DNA from: a virus
DNA: 64,000 nt
Direction: 5' to 3' (one strand)
Virus record (IMG/VR): IMGVR_UViG_3300010399_000004
Coordinates: 1 to 64,000 of that record
The notes below the pieces were generated by a model. That model saw only the letters and a list, made by a program, of their open reading frames with translations. It had not been told where the DNA came from and did no database searches. Positions 38,999 to 49,385 of this stretch are shown here, in pieces (the stretch's first letter is position 1; every line of letters starts with the position of its first letter). Made by a program: the position numbers and the translations under genes.

Positions 38999-39420
38999 TT
39001 TCCTGCACCAAACGATATATTGATCTTCCATTCGCACATCGTCAGCCCCACCATAATGGGCATTGCGCTATGATACATGGACATTCATGGGGCATTGAAT
39101 TTGAATTCACTGCGCAACGGTTGGATGAATGTGGATTTGTAGTTGACTTCGGAAGTCTAAAATGGCTCAAGGAATGGATTGATGCTATGTTCGATCATAC
39201 TTTGGTGCTGAATGCAGACGATCCATATTTGAAAAGTTTTCAAATTGCTCTGGAAGGCACTGCGAATATCAAAGTCGTTCCGGATTGTTCCAGCGAAGGA
39301 TTGGCCATATTTATATTTCAAACGGTTGCAGATTTACTTTGGAAAACAGAACAAGGCCGAGTATCCCTGTTGCGCGTAACCGTATTTGAGGACTCAAAGA
39401 ACTCTGCCACATATAAATGA
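38995..39420 (+). CDS. queD: 6-carboxytetrahydropterin synthase
   Basis: AHRQ...HCAMIHGHSW, VVDFGSLK, FDHTL, SSEGLA, VFED. Confidence 0.92.
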   Translation: MISCTKRYIDLPFAHRQPHHNGHCAMIHGHSWGIEFEFTAQRLDECGFVVDFGSLKWLKEWIDAMFDHTLVLNADDPYLKSFQIALEGTANIKVVPDCSSEGLAIFIFQTVADLLWKTEQGRVSLLRVTVFEDSKNSATYK

Positions 39421-40115
39421 AACGACCATTTCAATTACCCATCCACGAGCGTTTCGCTGCCTTCCAGGGGGAGGGTTGCCATATGGGGTTATCGGCATTC
39501 TTTATTCGCACGTATGGCTGTCCGGTAAAATGTAAATTTTGCGATTCTGCGGGCACTTGGCATAAGGATTTTGCCCCAAAGAAATCCTTACTTGTCGATG
39601 TTCCCGATCTTGTAAAGGAAGCAAAAGAAGCAAACCCCGTGTTTGTAGTATTGACCGGGGGGGAGCCCTGCATTCATCGGGAAGGGGTTCAGGCGCTCTC
39701 AGAATCGCTTTCCATTGCAAAGATAGCTCTACATGTTGAAACGTGTGGAGCATTCCCACTGCCCCCTTCCTGGTTCGATTGGATTACCGTTTCACCGAAG
39801 AGGGATGCTTTGCCTAAAGACGAAATGTTGCTTGCGGCCAATGAGTTGAAAATTATAGTGGATAATGTTGGTGCTATTGAGGAATGGATGAGTTTTATAA
39901 ATGGAACACTTCCTAAAGTTCCGGTGTGGTTGCACCCAGAATGGTCCATGCGCAATGATCCATCTATTTTGAATTACATATCAGAATCTGTAAAATTGAG
40001 AGGGGGGAGATTCCGGGCCGGCTATCAGCTTCACAAACTTTATAACGTGGACAAGTTGGACAAGCGCTCTGCACCTTTAGTTCCGCTGGGTGGAAATCCC
40101 AAAAAAGGATTTTGA
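39417..40115 (+). CDS. queE: 7-carboxy-7-deazaguanine synthase (radical SAM)
   Basis: FQGEG, FIRTYGCPVKCKFCD, LTGGEP, VSPK, QLHK. Confidence 0.93.
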   Translation: MKRPFQLPIHERFAAFQGEGCHMGLSAFFIRTYGCPVKCKFCDSAGTWHKDFAPKKSLLVDVPDLVKEAKEANPVFVVLTGGEPCIHREGVQALSESLSIAKIALHVETCGAFPLPPSWFDWITVSPKRDALPKDEMLLAANELKIIVDNVGAIEEWMSFINGTLPKVPVWLHPEWSMRNDPSILNYISESVKLRGGRFRAGYQLHKLYNVDKLDKRSAPLVPLGGNPKKGF

Positions 40116-40116
40116 T

Positions 40117-40695
40117 ATGAATATGAAGGAGATAACCATTGATGGTTTGAAAGCTCTGATTAGTTTGTCTGGGGATGATCCTACCCGCACAGGAATGGAA
40201 GAAACTCCAAACCGCTTTGTTAAAGCGTTCCTTGAGATGTGCAGCGGATATAAGGAGAATCCTTTAGATCATTTGCAGAAAGAATTTGATCTAAGTGATA
40301 CTGGCGACGGCCATACGCCCTATGGGGGCATGATTATTTCTAAAGACATTCCCTTTGTCAGTCTTTGTGAGCATCATATGCTGCCGTTTCATGGAACAAT
40401 TCATATGGGTTACATCCCCGGAGAATCAGGCAAAGTAGTGGGACTCTCAAAGCTGGCTCGTATGGCCGATGGTTATGCCAGGAGATTTCAAGTACAGGAA
40501 AGATTGACTCAGCAGATAGGTGACGGACTACAAAGTTTGAATCCACAGGGAGCTATCGTAGTGGTTCAAGCCCAGCACGCATGCCAATGTTTTCGTGGGG
40601 TTCGCAAATCGGGGAGCATGATCACTTCTGCGGTATATGGAGCTTTCAAAGAGCAACCTGCGAGGGAGGAATTCCTTACTTTGCTGCGTTTGTAG
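40117..40695 (+). CDS. folE: GTP cyclohydrolase I
   Basis: ETPNR, SLCEHH, GLSKLAR, QVQERLT, HACQCFRGV. Confidence 0.95.
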   Translation: MNMKEITIDGLKALISLSGDDPTRTGMEETPNRFVKAFLEMCSGYKENPLDHLQKEFDLSDTGDGHTPYGGMIISKDIPFVSLCEHHMLPFHGTIHMGYIPGESGKVVGLSKLARMADGYARRFQVQERLTQQIGDGLQSLNPQGAIVVVQAQHACQCFRGVRKSGSMITSAVYGAFKEQPAREEFLTLLRL

Positions 40696-40785
40696 ATTTG
40701 AAAACTTTTCAAACTTGAAGGGAAATGCACAGTCAATGCAGATTGACTTCCCCGCGTAACTGGTGAACAATCGCCCTGTTGCGTT

Positions 40786-42099
40786 ATGAAAAACATATTT
40801 CGCCGGAGTAATACCATATCCAAATCAAAGCGGGGGGAAGCTATTGCTGAAATGGCTATACCGGGACGCAAGGAACGCAGTTTCATTGAGAATCTGCTTC
40901 GCATCCCCATTCACGCTATGGGGGATTCCCGGTCCTATCTGGAAACGGGGAGTAAAAAAGTATGGGCTACCTTTCGGGCTTGCCACATTACTGCTTCTGC
41001 ACTCCTGACTACGGTGTTCAAGGTTGTGGGCTCAAGCACCGGGGCGGAGGTAAATAACCCCGAGATATCCCGCCTTCTCAAGTCCCCTAATCCTCACGAT
41101 TCATGGGAGGAGATTCTTTATCAGTGGGTGTTTCATATGAAGCTCACAGGGATGGCTTTCTGGTATAAGGATCAGATGAACGGTAAAGGGCAGCCTTTGC
41201 ATTTGTATCCTCTGATTCCGCAATATATCAGAATCATTCCCGATGAAAAGAAACGGATTGCGGGGTTTGAATATCAAATCAACGGCAGGAAGATTGAATT
41301 TGATGAAGAAGAGATTATCTTCTTTCGCCGCCCTCATCCTTCCAATATTATTTTGGGTATGGGGGACATTGAACCATCCACGGACCTTTACCGCAACTAC
41401 ATTACCCGTCAGACTCTGGAAAATCGCTTCCTGCAAAACGGGGCTATGCCTTCCGGTATCCTGACTAAAGAGGAAGAGGTAGGAGATGAGGAGGAGTGGA
41501 GAAAGATCAAAGAATGGTGGCGGGCTGAATACGAAGGCTCCGGTAATGCCGCTAAGACGGCTTTTCTCAATGGGAAGTGGAACTATACCAAGATGGGACT
41601 AACGCATCAGGAGATGCAATCCATCGAAAGCGAGCGTTGGAGTGTATCTCAGATATTCAATAATCACGGAGTTCCTTTGTCATTAGCGGGGCTGGAGAAG
41701 GCGGCTAACTATGCGACCGCTCGGCTCGACGAGATGAATTTTAAGCGCTATGAAGTAGTTCCCCTTCTCGATATCCTCGTAGGCAAGCTGAATGCTATGG
41801 GGTCGGACGGCCACGGGGTATTCATTCAGGCATATGCAACGGCGTGGTGGCTGGTGTATGAGCTTTCTGGATTGATCGACATTGAACAGCGTGTCAGGGA
41901 ATATAAACCGCTGGCTGAAATAGGGGCCATAACTTTGAACGAACTTCGGGTGCTTTGTGGGCTAGAGAAGCTGAACAACGCTTTGTTGGATCAGCATTTT
42001 GTGGCTTCCGGAAGGCTGCCTATTGAGATGGCAGGACTGGCTAATAATCCTCCGTCTGACGAGATTCCAAAGGAACCGAATGATTCGGTAGAAGCTTGA
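40786..42099 (+). CDS. Portal protein (HK97 family)
   Basis: LLKSPNP, LTGMAF, LYPL, NGAMPSGIL, HGVP. Confidence 0.9.
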   Translation: MKNIFRRSNTISKSKRGEAIAEMAIPGRKERSFIENLLRIPIHAMGDSRSYLETGSKKVWATFRACHITASALLTTVFKVVGSSTGAEVNNPEISRLLKSPNPHDSWEEILYQWVFHMKLTGMAFWYKDQMNGKGQPLHLYPLIPQYIRIIPDEKKRIAGFEYQINGRKIEFDEEEIIFFRRPHPSNIILGMGDIEPSTDLYRNYITRQTLENRFLQNGAMPSGILTKEEEVGDEEEWRKIKEWWRAEYEGSGNAAKTAFLNGKWNYTKMGLTHQEMQSIESERWSVSQIFNNHGVPLSLAGLEKAANYATARLDEMNFKRYEVVPLLDILVGKLNAMGSDGHGVFIQAYATAWWLVYELSGLIDIEQRVREYKPLAEIGAITLNELRVLCGLEKLNNALLDQHFVASGRLPIEMAGLANNPPSDEIPKEPNDSVEA

Positions 42100-42129
42100 C
42101 AGGGTCCTTAATCTGGACACCATGTTTAT

Positions 42130-42735
42130 ATGTCCGAATCCGTTGTAAATACCCTTATCAATGGTCTTTTCAGTTTGGTTGCCCTGATCGCCGGATATTT
42201 TTTCCGAATACTGTTGGTGTGGTATAAGGGCAAAGATTCCCGAAAGTTTGCCCACGTTATCGGCAGGGTCAAGGACGTGTATGGTCATATCGGGATTCTC
42301 AGAAGGGAAACAAAAGCTTTGCGGGTCCTGGTAGTAAAAGCCCACAACGGAGGGGGAAAACCCAAGCTTTCCGGCCCTCTTTACGCGTCTGTTCTTTATG
42401 GAGACTGGGAGCAGAACATGACAGATGCATCCGAATGGGTTAATCAGAGGCTGGACGAGGGATATGTAACTACACTAAATGATATGCTTGCTGCGGGGGA
42501 AGGATGGGTAGATATGCGGACTGAGAATCTAAAAGACGGACAACTAAAGGATATGCTGGCTGCTGATAACGTGGAGCACGCTATGTTTTTTTGCCTGGCC
42601 CAGCTTCACGATTCCTTGCTGTATCTCAGCATCAATTTTGGAAACGCCAACGTAATGCAGGCGCGCCAGCGTTCTATTATACGCGAGATCGTAAACAATA
42701 TGCGTGCGTTGTTCAAAGCAGAGCCGGTATCATAA
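42130..42735 (+). CDS. Membrane protein with soluble C-terminal domain (possible holin)
   Basis: N-terminal transmembrane helix, then an AHNGG-containing GAF-like region. The holin role is inference. Confidence 0.45.
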   Translation: MSESVVNTLINGLFSLVALIAGYFFRILLVWYKGKDSRKFAHVIGRVKDVYGHIGILRRETKALRVLVVKAHNGGGKPKLSGPLYASVLYGDWEQNMTDASEWVNQRLDEGYVTTLNDMLAAGEGWVDMRTENLKDGQLKDMLAADNVEHAMFFCLAQLHDSLLYLSINFGNANVMQARQRSIIREIVNNMRALFKAEPVS

Positions 42736-42744
42736 TGCAATACT

Positions 42745-43203
42745 ATGCCTCCCCCCGGTTCATCCAACGATAGATGGAATGTGGAAACACTACACATTCA
42801 TTTAATGTCGTTGATAAGTGCCGCGGAGACTCTTAACAGTCAGCGATTCGGAGCGCAGGAGACGCAGGTAGGCACGGCTATGGTTGCGGCAGAGAAGGCG
42901 GTAAATGCCGCTCTGGCTTCATCAGACAAGGCTATTTCTGTGGCCAGCGTCATTGCTGAAAAGTGGCGGGAGAATGCCAACGAATGGCGGGGGGCTATGG
43001 AGGATAAAGATAAAACCTACGCCACCCTAGTAATGTTCATAGCTCTTACAAAAGAACTGGATGCACTGACTTCCAGATTCAATAAAGGGGAATCGACTGC
43101 GCAGGGGGCGCATCAGGGCACTAGTAGAATCGGAGCTACTATTCTTTATATATTAACGGCTGCTTCTCTTATCCTATCCGTTTTTACTTTCTTCCGTAAA
43201 TAG
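42745..43203 (+). CDS. Coiled-coil protein with C-terminal transmembrane helix
   Basis: Ala-rich helix and hydrophobic C-terminus. Confidence 0.6.
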   Translation: MPPPGSSNDRWNVETLHIHLMSLISAAETLNSQRFGAQETQVGTAMVAAEKAVNAALASSDKAISVASVIAEKWRENANEWRGAMEDKDKTYATLVMFIALTKELDALTSRFNKGESTAQGAHQGTSRIGATILYILTAASLILSVFTFFRK

Positions 43204-43209
43204 CTTCCT

Positions 43210-44148
43210 ATGTCCCAATGGAACTACAGACCATGCATTTGCCCTCGGCATCCAATAACAAGGATTCCGGCCCCTTCTTTACTGTTGGATAAAGCAAGGG
43301 AAAGCACCCCATTTGATAATGACTGGAATCAGAAAAAGCTCTTGAAGCTTATAGCTGATATGATTCGTGCTCACAGGGTAGCCGTTGCCCGCGGTGTAAA
43401 AGCTTTGGTGTTAAAGCTTTCGTTATTCTTTTCCCGGCAGTCCACAATGATTGAGGATGGGTTTCGCCTTAGCTATTCAAATCACTCTGGCAACCATCAT
43501 GGCGCAGTAGTGTTGTCGGCAGATACGCACGAAGCGTTATGGAGAGGAAATATCGAAAGGGTATTCAGAGCTACGGCCCTGGAGTTTGATGCTTTGCTTT
43601 TGAAAATTTTTCAAAGCACCGCAGATATTTCCTATGCCGCAACTTTGTCTCTGCTTGGATTGATCGAATCCATGATAGGCCGGGCGCGAGTAAATCAGCG
43701 GGTAAGAAGACTGCTTCAATCCAGTCCCGGAATACTGGAGACTGCAAAAATTCGCTGGTATTCTTTGATCCATAAATTTGTGCGGGAGGATAAGCTGGAT
43801 GTGGCCCAAACCTTGGCAGCAACGATTAGAAAAATAGATGAAACTACTCGCGCACATATCCCTACGATTGCCCGCACGGAAGCAGGAAGGGCGGCTGACG
43901 AGGGGCGTAAACAGGGACTAATAGACTCACAAAAGGTGAAAACTATATCAGTAATTGGCTGTCAGGCCCGCGAAAGGAATTCTCCGCAGTATCGGGGGGA
44001 ATCTACATGCAACATCGAACGAGTGCCTATCTACGATATTGATTTACTAGAGTTCCATCCTAACCATACTGGCACAATAGTTCCCTCAGAGTTTGTGGAC
44101 CGCATACAGCCTCCGATTCCTGGGCTGGAAAGAGAGCCGGGGGAGTAA
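43210..44148 (+). CDS. Head morphogenesis protein (MuF/SPP1 gp7-like)
   Basis: TIARTEAGRA...HPNHTG; located after the portal. Confidence 0.7.
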   Translation: MSQWNYRPCICPRHPITRIPAPSLLLDKARESTPFDNDWNQKKLLKLIADMIRAHRVAVARGVKALVLKLSLFFSRQSTMIEDGFRLSYSNHSGNHHGAVVLSADTHEALWRGNIERVFRATALEFDALLLKIFQSTADISYAATLSLLGLIESMIGRARVNQRVRRLLQSSPGILETAKIRWYSLIHKFVREDKLDVAQTLAATIRKIDETTRAHIPTIARTEAGRAADEGRKQGLIDSQKVKTISVIGCQARERNSPQYRGESTCNIERVPIYDIDLLEFHPNHTGTIVPSEFVDRIQPPIPGLEREPGE

Positions 44149-44197
44149 AAGATTTCCTTGCACCCCCTTCCTAATGTTGTAGATATAGGGCAAACTT

Positions 44198-44785
44198 ATG
44201 AATGCTTTTGTCCGCGCTCGCTATACTGGCCCACCTACCCGTCTCGGTTCTTATGGGTTTCTGAAAACAGGCACAGAGGTTTCTATATCCTGGCGTGACT
44301 GGCAATACATGGAAGACCATAACAAGGATGGACAGCCGGATAATTTCGAAAAGCTGGGGGAATCAGATGTTTCGGAAGATTTGGTTCATCCTGATGTGGC
44401 TTTGGATATTCCTGTTGAATCTGAGTCCATTGGGAAAGAAGGGGGCGACGATGGTGTGCCTATCCGATTGGTGGAAGGAGATGAAGAGGATGAAGAGGAA
44501 CTTACCCAAGAAGTGGGAGGGACTGAGTCCCTTAAATTGGTAGAAGAAAAAGAAGATGGGGAAACTGATAATTCGGAATCGGAACAATCCGAAGAGAAGA
44601 CCGACGTTATTGCGGAAGATTCGGAAGAGCAAACTGTTGACTCTTACGACGAGCTTACCGTTGCGCAGTTGAAAGAACAGCTTTCCCTCCGCGATAAAGA
44701 AATCCCCCACCGCGCTACCAAGAAAGAGCTTATCGCTTTGATTCAGGCTGCGGATGCAGAATTAGATAAAGCAGAACCCGCTTAA
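44198..44785 (+). CDS. Acidic protein with C-terminal SAP/HeH-like domain
   Basis: YDELTVAQLKEQL...ATKKELIALI. Confidence 0.65.
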   Translation: MNAFVRARYTGPPTRLGSYGFLKTGTEVSISWRDWQYMEDHNKDGQPDNFEKLGESDVSEDLVHPDVALDIPVESESIGKEGGDDGVPIRLVEGDEEDEEELTQEVGGTESLKLVEEKEDGETDNSESEQSEEKTDVIAEDSEEQTVDSYDELTVAQLKEQLSLRDKEIPHRATKKELIALIQAADAELDKAEPA

Positions 44786-44820
44786 CTGCGGAGTTTGAAA
44801 ACTTTTCAAAACATAACATA

Positions 44821-45660
44821 ATGAAGAAACTCTTTGTTGGCCCCCGGCGCAAAGCTGCTCCGGCCCCTTCCATGAAAGGACATCCCGTTTTTATTGAGCA
44901 GGATGGACAAAAGATAGTGGCCGTTATATCCGAGGAGCTTTCTGGGGATAGACTTAGCATTGAGTTGACTTTGCCGGACGCTGATGGGGTTCTGCACAAA
45001 ACGGGTTCTTTCCTAGTAATCGAAAAGTCTGCGGTCCGGAAAGGAGAGGATGTAGTTATCTCCCCAAACGATTACAAAATCAAAGAGTGGAGCGCCCAAA
45101 CGGATATCGTAATCCCTGCGGATGAAAAAGCTCCTACCCCCGTGCGGGAAGGCGGGGAGGCTAAGGGCCGCGTTGTGGATTATGAGAATGTGACCATTAC
45201 TGGATTCCTTTCTACGTTTGCTTCTACGACGCCAAGGGACCGCGACGGGGATTATGTTATGGACGGAGCTTTCAATGCCACTTTGGCAGAGTTTAAGCGT
45301 AACCCTGTTATGTTGATTGACCATCGCAACGCGGTGGACCATCTGGCAGGGAGCTTTACCAAGATAGGGGCCAATGCTCAGGGGCTGGCTATTGAAGGCA
45401 AGATTTCCAATGCCCCCGGCCTTTGCGATCTTCGTTTCAAGGTAGCGGAGGGGCATCTGAAAGCCCTTTCGATGGGGGGAATCTTCTATTACGATGACGA
45501 CGGCCGGGGTATCAAAGAGGTTAAGCTTTTTGAAGGCTCCATCGTTCCCGTTCCCGCCAATCAGGATGCTTTGTTTTCTGTTCGTGCTTTGACCGCGGTT
45601 ACAGCGGCCAAGCAATTCAGAGCTTTTTCCGTCTCTGGCAAATCTTTGGCCGTTGCGTAA
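44821..45660 (+). CDS. HK97-family prohead protease
   Basis: DRDGDYVMDGAF, MLIDH, LSMGG, LFEGSIVPVPANQDA. Confidence 0.9.
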   Translation: MKKLFVGPRRKAAPAPSMKGHPVFIEQDGQKIVAVISEELSGDRLSIELTLPDADGVLHKTGSFLVIEKSAVRKGEDVVISPNDYKIKEWSAQTDIVIPADEKAPTPVREGGEAKGRVVDYENVTITGFLSTFASTTPRDRDGDYVMDGAFNATLAEFKRNPVMLIDHRNAVDHLAGSFTKIGANAQGLAIEGKISNAPGLCDLRFKVAEGHLKALSMGGIFYYDDDGRGIKEVKLFEGSIVPVPANQDALFSVRALTAVTAAKQFRAFSVSGKSLAVA

Positions 45661-45694
45661 TTCATTTTCTTAACTACACCAATTTACTTTTTGT

Positions 45695-46678
45695 ATGACC
45701 ATAGTTCCTTCTGTTTCTATCGACTTTCTGGCCAGAACTACGGCTAATAACGTCAACATTTTGGATTCCTTCCGCGTGGGGATTACCAATGTAGTTCCAG
45801 AGTTTCCTGAATCCTGCAACCAGGTTGTAGCTAACGAAGTTGTCTTCGATGCGACAGATATAACCGATTGGGAGCTTTCTCTTTTGATGGGAGTCAGAAG
45901 TTCCTATACATCAGTTGAATCCGGGGCCGTGGTTAGTCCCTATTGGCGCAATGCCGACGGGGAAGTTGTTTTCCTTTCCAAGATATACGGCATTGTGGTT
46001 CAGTGCCTTGCCCACACCCCCACGGACGATGGAAGCCGGTCTGGGTGGACAGTGGCCATTCAGGATGCAGAAGTTCTTGATTTTGGAGAATTACTGACCC
46101 CCCTTCCTGATGTTGTAGGGTATGTGGACAGTGTAGGCAGCGTTTGGCTGCAAACGTTTCCTGACGGTCTGCTCATTACCTCCGCTACTCTTATAGCCAT
46201 TACCCCTTTGCAGGATCAGATGGCTGGAAATTTTAGGATTACCCTTTTAGGAGAATCTACAGAAAGCGAAGTATGGGCTCTGACCCCCTTCTTTAGTAGC
46301 ATTACGGGAGTGCATGCTACAAACGTAATTACTGCAACGGGGCATACATTTGAAAACGATGACGCAGTTATGCTTCCTACTTTAACAGGGGGTGGACCGG
46401 AAATAGAGGTTGATACTATCTATTATATAGGAGACGTATCCGGCGATACGTTCAAACTATACGACGCTCTGGGTGGAAGCATTATCAATTTTTCTGCCAC
46501 GATTACAGATGGCTCTATAATGCTGGAAGCTGGAAGATATCGTGTAGGGGATTTGGTTACTCAGGACGGTGTGTTATTTAAGCAATGGCTTTGCACCGTC
46601 GCGCACTACTCTTCTGCTGTATTTGAGCCAGGAGTTGGAGGAGACTGGGAAGATGTTTGGCAGGATGTAACCAATTGA
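45695..46678 (+). CDS. Virion/decoration protein with C-terminal CBM5/12-like module
   Basis: YRVGDLVTQDG...WLCTVAHYS...EPG...W. Confidence 0.6.
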   Translation: MTIVPSVSIDFLARTTANNVNILDSFRVGITNVVPEFPESCNQVVANEVVFDATDITDWELSLLMGVRSSYTSVESGAVVSPYWRNADGEVVFLSKIYGIVVQCLAHTPTDDGSRSGWTVAIQDAEVLDFGELLTPLPDVVGYVDSVGSVWLQTFPDGLLITSATLIAITPLQDQMAGNFRITLLGESTESEVWALTPFFSSITGVHATNVITATGHTFENDDAVMLPTLTGGGPEIEVDTIYYIGDVSGDTFKLYDALGGSIINFSATITDGSIMLEAGRYRVGDLVTQDGVLFKQWLCTVAHYSSAVFEPGVGGDWEDVWQDVTN

Positions 46679-46692
46679 TTTTTACTGATTTT

Positions 46693-47313
46693 ATGACTAA
46701 AGACCAAGCCATTACAGAAGCGGTCAAGCTTCTAAAAGAAAAGCAAAGTGGGAATTTGTCTGACGATGAGTTTTCTTCGCAAATCGAATCTTTAGCTGCG
46801 GGGATTGGAATATCACCAAACTCCCGATTGGTGAAGCTGGCGGAATTGAGGATCAATAATGTGCAAGCTCCGAAGCAAAGAACGCAGAAACAAGACCTTG
46901 CTGTAAACTTTACGGCCCCGCCTTCTCAAGCTCGGGATGAAACTCCAAAGGTAGGACCTTTCTCGTTGATAAAAGAAGGAGTTTCCGACGAAGATGGGGG
47001 GCTTGTATTCTCTGATCTTCCCCCCGGAGAACGATTTGTTATTATCAATCTCCCATCAAACGGAGTTTCCTATGGTCCCCAGCCTGATGCCATAATGGGG
47101 GGAGGGACGGTGCGCAGAACCTTTACAGCGGTGGCAACTTTTTTTCCTGGTCAGGCACAGATACCTCTCTCGAAGGGGCCGGTTGGCCCTGTGCCGGATG
47201 CTCTCCTCATTGATACCAAAATTCACCCGGTTATTCGCACAGGGAAGGCGCAGGAGCCTTCCGAAACGCAAAAGGAAGGAGAAGACCTTGCCGGGGAGGA
47301 TGTCCCTTCTTAG
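46693..47313 (+). CDS. Hypothetical head-region protein
   Basis: ORF followed by a terminator. Confidence 0.6.
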   Translation: MTKDQAITEAVKLLKEKQSGNLSDDEFSSQIESLAAGIGISPNSRLVKLAELRINNVQAPKQRTQKQDLAVNFTAPPSQARDETPKVGPFSLIKEGVSDEDGGLVFSDLPPGERFVIINLPSNGVSYGPQPDAIMGGGTVRRTFTAVATFFPGQAQIPLSKGPVGPVPDALLIDTKIHPVIRTGKAQEPSETQKEGEDLAGEDVPS

Positions 47314-47352
47314 AGGCTCCTACGCGTTCTTTTTTCCTGGGGTTGCAGAAAT

Positions 47353-47390
47353 AACCCGGTCCCGTTTTAAGCGGGACCGGGTTTTTTATT
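47353..47390 (+). terminator. Rho-independent terminator
   Basis: AACCCGGTCCCG-TTTTAAG-CGGGACCGGGTT followed by TTTTATT. Confidence 0.85.
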
Positions 47391-47556
47391 GTATTGGAAT
47401 ATAAAAAGGATAAAAAGGATTTGAAAACTTTTCAAATCGTGGTGTTGTAGGCGCGTCGGCCAGCTTCATGCAAAACAGAAACCGCCAGTGGGAGTAATGC
47501 CAGCCTGTCTGCCCGCCTTCCCAATAAACAACCAAAACACAATCATACGTAACTAA

Positions 47557-49272
47557 ATGAAAACTGCACAGATTGCACGTCTCAAAGCTCTCCTGGCGAA
47601 GGGTGAAACTCTCACTGGCGATGAAGCCAAGGAATTGCTCAAACTCAAGACCCTCGCGGCCAAGAGTAAGTTCGATCCGGAAACCGGGGAGGCAATTGTT
47701 GGCGATGCCAACAAAGATAACAAGGATGAACCCGACGAAGGGCTTAGCGAGGAAGCCGTCAAAACGCTGGTAGCTGAATCCACTGCCAAGGCTTTTGAGG
47801 GCATCGGCTTGGACAAAGAAACAGTCAAAGCGCTCAAGGATCGTCTTGAGCAGAATACGGTTTCCACCCCAGAAGAAATCCAAAAGGCCATCAAGGACGT
47901 TCTTGGTGGAGAGAATGTGGACATGAAGGCGCTGGCGGAAGCTATAAAAAAGGGCCTGCCCGCCTCTGCTCTAACGGAAGAAAAAGTCAAAGGTTTGCTT
48001 ACGCAGATGTTTGATGAATTCAAGACTTCCCAGCGCAAGGAATCCAAGATGGCTTTTCCCAGTGGCGAAGCCAATTTCCCCATTGAGCATCGTTCCGGCA
48101 ATATGACGGTTGCCGCCAAACAGCTTCTCAATATCTGCATGATGCATGTAGGGGAGGAGGGTCTGGCCAAGTCCGATGGTGGCCGCGGCATCAAGCGTCC
48201 CACAAGCATGAATGATGGTATTACTGACGAACAAATCAAAGCCGCCGTTCGCAGCGGAGATATGTTCGCCAAGCAGGTGCGTCAGGAATGTGTCTATGGC
48301 CGCAAAACCGCTATCACTGCGGGCGGAACTGGAACCGGTGCCGAATTCGTCAATACGGACCTGTCCAGCGATTTGCAGGCTCGGATGTATATGGAATCTC
48401 AACTCGCCTCCTTCCTGGTGGCCAGTGAGATTACCATGCCGTCCAACCCGTTCAAGCTTCCGCTGAGCACTTCCCGGCCCACGTTCTATAAGGGGTCGGA
48501 AGGGGGCACCCCAACGGTTTCCAATCCAGGGACTGCGGCTATCACGCTGGATGCGCAAAAGCTCATTGGTTACTGCGAATACTCTTATGAAGCGGACGAG
48601 GATGCTATTATTGCTATCCTTCCCTGGATGCAGGAAATGCTTGCCAAAGCCGCCGCGGAAGCGCTTGAGGACGCCTTCATCAATGGGGATACTACTGGCT
48701 CCCACATGGACTCTGATGTGACCGGGGCCACGGATGCCCGCAAGCTCTTCAAGGGTCTGCGCTACTACGCCAAGGCCGTTGCAGCGCTCAAGGTGTCCTT
48801 CGCTACCGGCGGTATCACCAGCGCCAATATCGGGGCTCTCCGCAAGGCAATGGGTAAATACGGCATGAAACCGGCGGATATGTTCCTGCTATGCGGAACT
48901 TCCGGCTACAACGATATTGTTCTTCTGGCCGAAACCCTGACCGCGGAGAAAGCGGGGGCAGCGGCCCGTATTCTTACGGGTAACGCTCCTCAAATATTTG
49001 GTATTCCGATCATCCCCTCTTCCAAGATGCGGGAAGACCTTAATGCCTCCGGGGTTTACGACGGGTCCACCGTTACCAAGGGTTCCCTCCTGCTAGTCCA
49101 CCGGCCAGCATGGTATGTTGGCGTGAAGCGCGGACTGATGATTGAAGTCGATACGAACAAACTCACTCAGGTCAACCAGGTGATCGCTTCGTTCCGTCGG
49201 GACTTCAAGCCCCGCGAAACACCTTCAGCTACTGAACAGACAGTTGTGTTAGGATATAACTTCACAGCTTGA
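47557..49272 (+). CDS. Major capsid protein (HK97 fold, long N-terminal scaffold domain)
   Basis: ITLDAQKL...SYEADEDA...ALEDAFINGD...QIFGIPI; charged helical N-terminus. Confidence 0.88.
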   Translation: MKTAQIARLKALLAKGETLTGDEAKELLKLKTLAAKSKFDPETGEAIVGDANKDNKDEPDEGLSEEAVKTLVAESTAKAFEGIGLDKETVKALKDRLEQNTVSTPEEIQKAIKDVLGGENVDMKALAEAIKKGLPASALTEEKVKGLLTQMFDEFKTSQRKESKMAFPSGEANFPIEHRSGNMTVAAKQLLNICMMHVGEEGLAKSDGGRGIKRPTSMNDGITDEQIKAAVRSGDMFAKQVRQECVYGRKTAITAGGTGTGAEFVNTDLSSDLQARMYMESQLASFLVASEITMPSNPFKLPLSTSRPTFYKGSEGGTPTVSNPGTAAITLDAQKLIGYCEYSYEADEDAIIAILPWMQEMLAKAAAEALEDAFINGDTTGSHMDSDVTGATDARKLFKGLRYYAKAVAALKVSFATGGITSANIGALRKAMGKYGMKPADMFLLCGTSGYNDIVLLAETLTAEKAGAAARILTGNAPQIFGIPIIPSSKMREDLNASGVYDGSTVTKGSLLLVHRPAWYVGVKRGLMIEVDTNKLTQVNQVIASFRRDFKPRETPSATEQTVVLGYNFTA

Positions 49273-49342
49273 TCCTAAACTACTGGGCACTGACAGTTGA
49301 AAACTGTGTGGTGGTTCCAGTGTGTAGCACCACTACGCGACA

Positions 49343-49381
49343 GCCCCCGCCTTCCATGAGAAGGCGGGGGTTTGTTGTTTT
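49343..49381 (+). terminator. Terminator after the capsid gene, between convergent genes
   Basis: CCCCCGCCTTC-CATGA-GAAGGCGGGGG followed by TTTGTTGTTTT. Confidence 0.85.
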
Positions 49382-49385
49382 GAGG

